A model generated the notes under the pieces. The model ran no database searches and had not been told where the DNA came from. It worked only from the letters and a program-made list of their open reading frames with translations. A stretch of DNA of 64,000 nucleotides from an uncultured Clostridia bacterium (GTDB lineage Bacteria > CAYTYR01 > UBA6262), in the NCBI GenBank assembly GCA_964441745.1, contig CAYTYR010000001.1:62001-126000 (forward strand), in the 5' to 3' direction. A program made the position numbers and the translations under genes. This document shows, in pieces, positions 47,246-54,866 of the stretch. Numbering within the stretch: the stretch's first letter is position 1; each line of letters begins with the position of its first letter.

Positions 47246-49003
47246 ATGGCTTTTATGGCTTATGTCTTACTGGATACTGCTTTGGAAGACTCGGAAAACA
47301 AAACTTCCTTTCTCTTCATAAAACCACAAACCATTATTACCTGTTACTCTAGCGATCAGCTTGAGGCCTGCTTGAATCAGCTCACCACAGCAGTCAAGAA
47401 AGGCTTATATGCTGCTGGTTTTATATCTTATGAGGCCGGCTGGCGGCTGCAAGGCTTGGATAAAACTAAGCGCTCCTCTTCCTTTCCTTTGCTCTGGTTT
47501 GGCTTATTCAGCAAACCGATCAGGATCAAGAACTTCCGTGAAGCACAGCCTTATCTTTCTCTTCCTGACACCACCAATTACTCAACCCTGACCAAACTGC
47601 ACCTTAATACCACTAAAAATGAATACTGCCAAAATATTATGCGCATCAGGGAATTGATTGCCCAGGGGCAAACCTACCAGGTAAATTACACCATTAAATA
47701 TAAATTCAATTTTAATGGCTCGCCAGTTAATCTTTACCGCAGGCTGCGGGCGATCCAGCCGATAAGCTATGGCGCTTTAATTGACACTGGAGAACAGCAG
47801 ATACTTTCTTTCTCGCCAGAATTATTCTTCCGAAAAAATAAAAATATTATTATGGTCCAGCCAATGAAAGGGACTGCTGCCCCAGAACACGGCGCAAAAC
47901 TGTCCGCAGACCCAAAGAACCAGGCTGAAAATATCATGATCACTGATCTCCTGCGTAATGATCTTGGAAAAATCTCCAGGATTGGCAGCGTTGAGACCTA
48001 TGATCTATTTAAAACACATCAATACAGTACTTTACGGCAGATGACTTCTTCTGTCCGCAGCCAGCTGCCGCCAAAAATATCCTGGCGGGAAATATTCGGC
48101 AGCCTTTTCCCGTGCGGCTCAGTTACCGGAGCGCCAAAGATAAGCACCATGAACATTATTAGCTCCCTGGAAAAAGAGGACCGGAACATATATACCGGTG
48201 CCATCGGATATCTTAGCCCGGATGATCAGGCAGTTTTTAATGTCGCGATCAGGACAATTTTATTGAACGGTAAACAAGGGGAAATGGGCGTTGGCGGCGG
48301 CATTACGTATAGCTCGCTTCCTAGAGAAGAATGGGAAGAATGCAGGCTGAAAGCTTCATTTTTGCTGAAAAGCAATTTCCAATTGATAGAGACAATGGCC
48401 TGGTCATATCCGGCAGGGATATCTTTATTGCCGTTACATTTAAAAAGGTTAAAAAAGTCTGCCGAATTATTTGGTTACCCTTATAATCAGTATCGGATCA
48501 ATACCGCCCTGGCTGAATTTGTCTGTAAACTGGATAAAAAGAAAACCTGGAAAATAAGGCTTCTGTTAAAAAACAGCGGGATAGTTTCTCTATCGGCCGC
48601 AGAAATAGTTAAGCCTAGGACAGAAAGACCAGTGGTAGCAATTTCTACGGTTCAGACTGATCCTGATGACCTTTTTCTCCGGCATAAAACCACAGAACGG
48701 AAAATCTATGACCAGGAACTGCGGCGTTATCAGAAACTTGGTTATCATGATGTTCTTTTTACCAATACCCGGGGCGAGATTACCGAGGGCGCCAGATCCA
48801 ACATCTTCATTAAAAATGGTTCCAGGTTTTACACACCCCCTGTGCGGTGCGGATTATTACCCGGAGTATACCGTGAATATTTTATGCGGCGGCAGAAGAG
48901 TTCAGTAAAAGAAAAAATACTCTACTTAGAAGACCTGTATTCCGCCAACGCGATCTTTCTTACTAATGCCGTTCGTGGTCTGGTACAAGTAACAATTGAC
49001 TGA
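47246..49003 (+). CDS. pabB: Bifunctional aminodeoxychorismate synthase component I / ADC lyase (PabB-PabC fusion)
   Basis: YQVNYT, SFSPELF, PMKGT, AENIMITDLLRND, FPCGSVTGAPK, then class IV aminotransferase motifs HKTT, EGARSN, GLLPG. Confidence 0.88.
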   Translation: MAFMAYVLLDTALEDSENKTSFLFIKPQTIITCYSSDQLEACLNQLTTAVKKGLYAAGFISYEAGWRLQGLDKTKRSSSFPLLWFGLFSKPIRIKNFREAQPYLSLPDTTNYSTLTKLHLNTTKNEYCQNIMRIRELIAQGQTYQVNYTIKYKFNFNGSPVNLYRRLRAIQPISYGALIDTGEQQILSFSPELFFRKNKNIIMVQPMKGTAAPEHGAKLSADPKNQAENIMITDLLRNDLGKISRIGSVETYDLFKTHQYSTLRQMTSSVRSQLPPKISWREIFGSLFPCGSVTGAPKISTMNIISSLEKEDRNIYTGAIGYLSPDDQAVFNVAIRTILLNGKQGEMGVGGGITYSSLPREEWEECRLKASFLLKSNFQLIETMAWSYPAGISLLPLHLKRLKKSAELFGYPYNQYRINTALAEFVCKLDKKKTWKIRLLLKNSGIVSLSAAEIVKPRTERPVVAISTVQTDPDDLFLRHKTTERKIYDQELRRYQKLGYHDVLFTNTRGEITEGARSNIFIKNGSRFYTPPVRCGLLPGVYREYFMRRQKSSVKEKILYLEDLYSANAIFLTNAVRGLVQVTID

Positions 49004-49054
49004 TATATGCCTCTGATCTTATTTTAACTTCATACATTTATAATGCCTCAGTAA

Positions 49055-49270
49055 ACACCGCAGATAAAAAATGACTGGATCGCGATGTACCGCAAACCCA
49101 GTCAGCTCTCATCTTATATCTTATTTGACTTAAAAATAACTCGGCAGTTCAGTCCAAATTGGACAGCTTACTTTTCTGGCACAAACTTGCTGAATACCTG
49201 CTATGAAGAAATTCCCGGCCTTCCCCGCCCCGGCCGCTGGCTCCTCGCCGGAGTGCAATATGAGCTTTAA
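49055..49270 (+). pseudogene. C-terminal remnant of a TonB-dependent receptor
   Basis: YILFDLKITRQF...YFSGTNLLN..YEE..GLPRPGRWLLAGVQYEL is a typical TBDR C-terminus; in-frame stop at 49052 and no upstream barrel. Confidence 0.65.
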
Positions 49271-49330
49271 ATCAATATGTTTTGTTTTTAATCGGTGTAA
49301 TCTTTCTTGTAATCTGTGTAATCGTACTTA

Positions 49331-50491
49331 TTAAAAGCTTGGCTCTATACAGAAGATCCGATATTTGAACTTGCTCATTCCCTGCCAGACGCCTCTCATG
49401 AAATGCCAATTGGATAAATATTTAATCTTGAACCAGTATAATAACTTGCTTTTGGGCTCCCAAAAGAAGCACCAGTAGAAGAACCGGTAAGCAAAAAATA
49501 CAAATAATAGTAATAGGATCATCAACCAGCCGCCACCGGCCCAAGTCGCTGTTCCAGCAAATAATTTCACGATCAAACTGATCAAGGCAATGATCGTGGC
49601 CAGGCCGGCAATATGCATCATCTGGAAATTGCCAAAATAAACGAATCCTTTAATGGGAAAAGGTATCTTGATCCGCGGACAGGATTTTAGGAATTGGAAT
49701 ACCAGTTCAAAATGATTGGTAGCGTATTTATCCAGCAGGGCTAAATGCCCCTTGGAATAACTGGCCCAAACTTTATACAGGGCCGCATCTGTGGCCCGGT
49801 GCATATGATCCACGCTGGCTTTTGGCGCAAAGAAAGCTTTCCAGCCGTCTTTTTTGATCTTTAAGCCGAATTCTATATCTTCGCCAGTCGGCAGATCCCA
49901 AAAGCGAGCTTTGGCGCGTTCTACAGCTACCCGGCGGAAGGCCACGTTGGCCGTAACCATGAAGTAAGCCCGGTGGCCGCATATTTCGGTGGGAGACCTA
50001 TCTGACATCGGCGGGAAATAACTTTCCCCGATGCCGCCATAACGCCAACTGACATTGTTAAAACCAAAATATTCACAAAAAGCTTCTACTAAATTATCTT
50101 TTTCTACCCGGATCGTCTTGATTTCCCCGCCGACAATGCCTATTTCCGGATCCTCGCGGAAATGCTTAAGCATTTCATGGATCCAATTTTTGGTCGGCGC
50201 ACAGTCCCCGTCAGTGAAGAACAGGTATTCGCCCTGCGCCACATCCAGGGCTTTATTGCGGGCATATCCAGGAGAAGGGCAATTCGGGACATCCACTAAT
50301 TTAATAAAGGGATATTTTTTTTGCCAGGTCTTAATGATCTCCACGGTTTTATCAGTACTGCCGCCGTCGGCAATAACTATCTCCATCCGCTCCCGGGGAT
50401 AGTCCACGCCAAAAAGATATTCGAAAGTCTTTTCCAGTGTTCTTTCCGCGTTCTTCACCGGAATAATGATGGAAATCATCGGATCTTTCAT
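49331..50491 (-). CDS. GT2 glycosyltransferase with C-terminal TM helices
   Basis: ISIIIP, DGGSTD, ARNKAL, FTDGDC, GEDIE. Confidence 0.88.
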   Translation of the reverse strand: MKDPMISIIIPVKNAERTLEKTFEYLFGVDYPRERMEIVIADGGSTDKTVEIIKTWQKKYPFIKLVDVPNCPSPGYARNKALDVAQGEYLFFTDGDCAPTKNWIHEMLKHFREDPEIGIVGGEIKTIRVEKDNLVEAFCEYFGFNNVSWRYGGIGESYFPPMSDRSPTEICGHRAYFMVTANVAFRRVAVERAKARFWDLPTGEDIEFGLKIKKDGWKAFFAPKASVDHMHRATDAALYKVWASYSKGHLALLDKYATNHFELVFQFLKSCPRIKIPFPIKGFVYFGNFQMMHIAGLATIIALISLIVKLFAGTATWAGGGWLMILLLLFVFFAYRFFYWCFFWEPKSKLLYWFKIKYLSNWHFMRGVWQGMSKFKYRIFCIEPSF

Positions 50492-50614
50492 TACTACCTC
50501 CTCTAAAATGACTGCCAGGATTTTAAAAGAAGATTACACAGAGGGAACCAAGCTTATATTATCAAAATAGGCCTCAGTAGTCAACCAATTTAGTACTGAC
50601 AACAACTAACCGGG

Positions 50615-50667
50615 AAAACAAAACCGGGTACAAAATTACATTTATATTGTAACTTTTGTACCCGGTT
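50615..50667 (-). terminator. Long hairpin terminator after the rrf2-SOR operon
   Basis: AACCGGGTACAAAA...TTTTGTACCCGGTT followed by TTGTTTT on the minus strand. Confidence 0.7.
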
Positions 50668-50712
50668 AATATTAGTTTGTTCTCTACCACTTTATCACTC
50701 TATCACTAGTGC

Positions 50713-51150
50713 CTATAACTGTACTTCGGCCATCCATTTCCCATGGACATTGCAATTTTCAATAGCCGTGACCTGGCCAGCGCCTGATTTAAAATGAATA
50801 CTGACGACAGGATTAATCTTTTCTGCCGCCAGATGGTACCTGGCCACCCATTTATAATCCTGGTAAACATCGATCCACATGATCCAGTGTTTGGCCTCCA
50901 TCACATGCAGGATTTCTCCTATTTTAATGTTAACATCCACACACCCCGGCGCCAAGCTGCATTGTTTATTTACGGTAAATACCGGGACATGTTTCTTATC
51001 CCCTTCAGTCAAATTCTTCGGGTCAGCTGGTTTTTTCAACGCATTGGCATCTTCTGTAAAAGCTTTTTTAGGCGCTCCGCAGACCGGGCATTTTTCCGGC
51101 GCCTCGCCAAATTCTATATGCCCGCACATCCCACAGACAAACATCTTCAT
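50713..51150 (-). CDS. Superoxide reductase with N-terminal rubredoxin-like domain
   Basis: CGMCG...CPVCG, KKHVP, HVMEAKHWI, NCNVHG. Confidence 0.85.
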   Translation of the reverse strand: MKMFVCGMCGHIEFGEAPEKCPVCGAPKKAFTEDANALKKPADPKNLTEGDKKHVPVFTVNKQCSLAPGCVDVNIKIGEILHVMEAKHWIMWIDVYQDYKWVARYHLAAEKINPVVSIHFKSGAGQVTAIENCNVHGKWMAEVQL

Positions 51151-51162
51151 ACCATCCCCCTC

Positions 51163-51483
51163 TTATTTAACCGCGTAATCACCTTTACGCCGGTCGTCAA
51201 GTTCTCCCAGTTTGGATTTATTCCAATTGCTGGTTTTGCTGTAGTATCCGACGATCCTGGTAATATGGTCTATGACCCTGGCTTCTCCGCCATCTAAGAC
51301 CCGCTTCAAATTAAGCCAGTCATAATTCAAAATACTATCAACGGCAATCTTATACTTTTGGCTATCCTTGGTATTGAGTACCACCACATAGTCATCTTTG
51401 CTGGCCCCGCTGTGATCCTCGGCTACGAGTTGTAAATATCCGCTCTTCTCGATTTCATCGACAAAGTTCTGGATATCCTGCAT
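51163..51483 (-). CDS. Small protein carrying the NrdD (class III RNR) glycyl-radical C-terminal motif
   Basis: ITRIVGYYSKTSNWNKSKLGELDDR; 106 aa; strong RBS GGGGGTG. Confidence 0.8.
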   Translation of the reverse strand: MQDIQNFVDEIEKSGYLQLVAEDHSGASKDDYVVVLNTKDSQKYKIAVDSILNYDWLNLKRVLDGGEARVIDHITRIVGYYSKTSNWNKSKLGELDDRRKGDYAVK

Positions 51484-51513
51484 GTTTTCACCCCCTTTTA
51501 AATTTTATTTAAA

Positions 51514-51939
51514 TTATTCTTCTGCCTGGACCCGGGCTTTAACTAATGCCGCCAGAGTCACCTTATGAAGAGCCTGATCGATATTCTTTTGTACCTGGCG
51601 CAACTGCTTATGGATCGGGCACTGCCTAATCCGGGAACAGCGTCCATGTTCGATAAAACAACGGTTAACCGCAAACCCGCCCTGGGCTATTTCCATTATT
51701 TCCCCTAAAGATAATTTATTCATTTCCCGGTGCAGTGAATACCCGCCGCCAAAACGGCCGCGGTGTGATTTAATTATATCCCGGCGCTGCAGCTTCTGCA
51801 GGATCTTATGTAAATAAACTAAAGGCACATCTTCACTAGCCGCCAAATCCTTGGCGAAAATTATATGGCCCTTTTTATACTGGCCCATTAAGGTCAGGAC
51901 CCGCAGGGCATAATCCGTATTTCTCCTGATCAGTTCCAT
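51514..51939 (-). CDS. Rrf2-family regulator with Fe-S cysteine triad
   Basis: TDYALR, YLHKILQKL, S.RG..GGY.L, C-x6-C-x5-C. Confidence 0.9.
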   Translation of the reverse strand: MELIRRNTDYALRVLTLMGQYKKGHIIFAKDLAASEDVPLVYLHKILQKLQRRDIIKSHRGRFGGGYSLHREMNKLSLGEIMEIAQGGFAVNRCFIEHGRCSRIRQCPIHKQLRQVQKNIDQALHKVTLAALVKARVQAEE

Positions 51940-51960
51940 TTATTCCTTTCTGCCTTGTCT

Positions 51961-52000
51961 TATACAGGACTATAATAATCTTATATAAAAAAATTGTCAA
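51961..52000 (-). promoter_or_regulatory. Promoter with overlapping imperfect palindrome (candidate Rrf2 operator)
   Basis: TTGACA-N17-TATTAT; TATACAGGACT-N5-AATCTTATATA centred on the -10 box. Confidence 0.6.
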
Positions 52001-52008
52001 GTAAAATC

Positions 52009-53196
52009 TTATTTATTCTTAAAATACTTCTCCAGAACCCTGCTTAATTTCTGGTTTTTAACAAAGTTCTCTGTTTGCCAGGAAACAGCCATCTCTTTTT
52101 TCCGTTTGGGCCATTCTGTGGCAAATGTTTCCACTCCCGTGGTCTTACTCCAACGGTTGATCCACGACGGATTATCCAAGTATTGGTAAATACCATCAGG
52201 GAAAAGTCCCCCGGCCACCGCCTTATAGGTCCAATAGGTATAATGGATCCCGTATTTTTTGAAGATCTCAAGCACATCCCTGACCCAGGCCAGTTCCGTG
52301 CCGCAATCAGGACAGCGTGAATTAACCCCGAATTCACCGCAGTATATCGGGATCCGATATTTTTGCTGAAATTTAACATAACGCCGCAAGATATTTTCCA
52401 TTTTATTACGGTTCCAGAGTTCACCGTTTATTTTTCCCGGATAACGCAAATTACGGACACAATTAAAGGTAAAATCGCCGGGCAGGTAATAATGAAAACT
52501 AAAACCCATTTGACTGTCCCAGGGCTGTCCCAGGAAATCAAATTCCTGCGACCAGTTATGGCCTTCGACCAAGATAATATGCTGGTCCCCGGCCGCCCTG
52601 ATGGCTTGAGTGATCTTGACATATGTTTCTTTAATCATCGGCAAGTCAGCGCCAACAGCTTCGTTTAAGATATCATAAGCGGCAATGACCGGCTCATGCT
52701 TATACCGTTGAGCGATCTGGGACCAGAGCTGATAGGTCTGTTCCCGATATTTTCTCTTTTCCCAAAGGAGAGCTTTACCTTTAGAATCGCTGTGCCAGTC
52801 GCCATTCTGCGATCCCGGGGCAGCATGCAGATCCAGAATAATATAGATTTTATGCTCTTTGGCCCAAAACAGCGCTTGGTCCAGGAAATGCCACTGTTTT
52901 TCTTTTACGATCTTATAATGAAACGGCAGCCTGATACAAGTAGCGCCAAGGTTATGAATATGATCAAAATCCTCTTCCTGGATAAAACTACCGCGAAAGG
53001 CTTTTTCAAACTGGTCCAGAGCTTTCTTGCCGCTGGCTTTGGCTATCGCCGCTTTAAAAATATGCTCGGATATATGACGGCCCCCTAAAATATATCCTTC
53101 CATCATGAGCCAGCCGCCAAGGTTCACCCCGCGCAGGTTAACCGGCTGGTTTGCGCGATCAATTATTTTGCCATCCTTAATGCTTAAAAAATCCAT
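52009..53196 (-). CDS. Glycoside hydrolase family 5
   Basis: GVNLGGW, IRLPF, LDLHAAPG, YDILNE, FHYY, CGEFG. Start is ATG 53196; no signal peptide seen. Confidence 0.88.
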   Translation of the reverse strand: MDFLSIKDGKIIDRANQPVNLRGVNLGGWLMMEGYILGGRHISEHIFKAAIAKASGKKALDQFEKAFRGSFIQEEDFDHIHNLGATCIRLPFHYKIVKEKQWHFLDQALFWAKEHKIYIILDLHAAPGSQNGDWHSDSKGKALLWEKRKYREQTYQLWSQIAQRYKHEPVIAAYDILNEAVGADLPMIKETYVKITQAIRAAGDQHIILVEGHNWSQEFDFLGQPWDSQMGFSFHYYLPGDFTFNCVRNLRYPGKINGELWNRNKMENILRRYVKFQQKYRIPIYCGEFGVNSRCPDCGTELAWVRDVLEIFKKYGIHYTYWTYKAVAGGLFPDGIYQYLDNPSWINRWSKTTGVETFATEWPKRKKEMAVSWQTENFVKNQKLSRVLEKYFKNK

Positions 53197-53262
53197 AGCT
53201 GCTCCAGAGGTAATTAGTATGATCATCATTATATTGTATTGCTTTGCTTTGCTTCTTGTCAA

Positions 53263-53307
53263 CAAAAGAAAGACCCATCTAGCTATTTTCATAGCTTAAT
53301 GGGTCTT
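53263..53307 (-). terminator. Intrinsic terminator after the 55-aa ORF
   Basis: AAGACCCAT..AGCTAT-loop-ATAGCT..ATGGGTCTT then CTTTTGTT. Confidence 0.7.
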
Positions 53308-53328
53308 GAAAGAGAACATTAATACTTA

Positions 53329-53496
53329 TTATTTCTTTCTTCTGGCAATGGGCAAACCGGTCTTTTGATTTTCAATTACTTCGAATTCAGCCGGGATCTC
53401 TATTGCGCCGTTAGCATCCTTACTAAAATATTGCAAATGCCCTTTCTTGTGAAAGTAATACGTCACCCCTTTTGAATTGGTGTGAGAATTAGCCAT
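53329..53496 (-). CDS. Small basic protein, 55 aa (MANSHTNSKGVTYYFHKKGHLQYFSKDANGAIEIPAEFEVIENQKTGLPIARRKK)
   Basis: Below the ORF-track cutoff. RBS GAGGTGA, promoter TTGACA-N17-TATGAT at 53543-53571, own terminator. Confidence 0.82.
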   Translation of the reverse strand: MANSHTNSKGVTYYFHKKGHLQYFSKDANGAIEIPAEFEVIENQKTGLPIARRKK

Positions 53497-53579
53497 TGAT
53501 TTCACCTCTTTTCCCAGTTTTTTTAATATTTACAGCGTTTTTATCATACTCTTATGAGGTCTTATTGTCAAGAATTAAG

Positions 53580-54773
53580 TTAGTCCCGCCAGCCGCGGGA
53601 AAATACAGCGCTGGCCAATAGGCAAACGCCCCCTCCCAAACCAACGGCTATGGGCACGCCGAACCATTCAGCTAAAAGGCCAGCCAGGAAGCTTCCCACA
53701 GGGACCATACCCAGGAACATCAGGGTGTAAAATCCCATGACCCGGCCGCGTAATTCATCAGGAGTATCTTTTTGCAACAGGTTGTTGATAGTAGCGGTTT
53801 GTGTGATCAACCCCCAACCTACACCTACCAGCGCCAATAAAGAGAGCGGAACATACTTGGAAAACGCAAAAATTAGCAAGCTGCCACCCAGCGCCATACC
53901 GCCCAGTGAAACAAAGCGGCTGCTTTTCGGAGAGTGACTGACGGAGGTCAGGGAAAGCGCGGCCAGCAATGCTCCACAACCTATCGCCGCTAAAAGCATG
54001 CCCAGTCCCTTGGGCCCAATCCGCAGCACATCCCTGGCAAACACAGGCATTAATACCATATAACTCATGCCAAACAAACTGGATACGGCAATAAGAACGA
54101 TCAGGTTCCTTATCTCTTTATTCCGCCAGACATAGCGCGCGCCAGCTAAGGTGCTTTCTTTGAGTGAATCATGATGTTGGTTCTTTGAAGAAAAATCGCC
54201 GCGCATCAGCCATAATCCAGCGATAACTGCCAAAAAGCTGATTCCGTTTAAATAAAAACAGGCGGCTACTCCCAGCGCTCCCACAATAAATCCCGCTATT
54301 ATCGGGCCCACGATCCTGGCGGAATTAAAAATAAGAGAATTCAAGGCTATGGCATTGCTCAGATCATCTTTACCTACCATTTCAATGATAAAAGACTGCC
54401 TGGCTGGCGAGTCTAAAGCATTAGTTAAACCTGCGGCTCCCGCAATAATAATGATCTGCCATAAAGCGACCATTTTTGTGGAAATAAGCACACCCATGGT
54501 GAAAGCCAATAACATTTGCACAGTTTGGGTTAAGATTATAAGATTGCGTTTATTCAGGCGGTCAGAAATAACTCCGCCAATTAGGGAGAAGAGCAGGATT
54601 GGCAAGGAAGCAACCGCATTGACAATACCCATGATAAATGGAGAGTTGGTGATTTGCAGTACTAGCCAGCCCTGGGCAATATTTTGCATCCAGGTGCCGG
54701 TCAGTGAGACCATTTGTCCAGAAAAGAATAACCGGTAATTATAATGCTTGAGAGACGAAAAGTATTTCCTCAT
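53580..54773 (-). CDS. MFS transporter (MFS_3/DHA3-like)
   Basis: GQMVSLTGTWMQ, GGVISDR, PARQS, LRGRV. Confidence 0.9.
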   Translation of the reverse strand: MRKYFSSLKHYNYRLFFSGQMVSLTGTWMQNIAQGWLVLQITNSPFIMGIVNAVASLPILLFSLIGGVISDRLNKRNLIILTQTVQMLLAFTMGVLISTKMVALWQIIIIAGAAGLTNALDSPARQSFIIEMVGKDDLSNAIALNSLIFNSARIVGPIIAGFIVGALGVAACFYLNGISFLAVIAGLWLMRGDFSSKNQHHDSLKESTLAGARYVWRNKEIRNLIVLIAVSSLFGMSYMVLMPVFARDVLRIGPKGLGMLLAAIGCGALLAALSLTSVSHSPKSSRFVSLGGMALGGSLLIFAFSKYVPLSLLALVGVGWGLITQTATINNLLQKDTPDELRGRVMGFYTLMFLGMVPVGSFLAGLLAEWFGVPIAVGLGGGVCLLASAVFSRGWRD

Positions 54774-54866
54774 TAAAATGATTACACAGATTTTAAAGAA
54801 GATTACACAGATTTTTTAAAGGATTATAATCGGTGTAATCTCTTTCGTAATCGGTGTAATCTGCTC

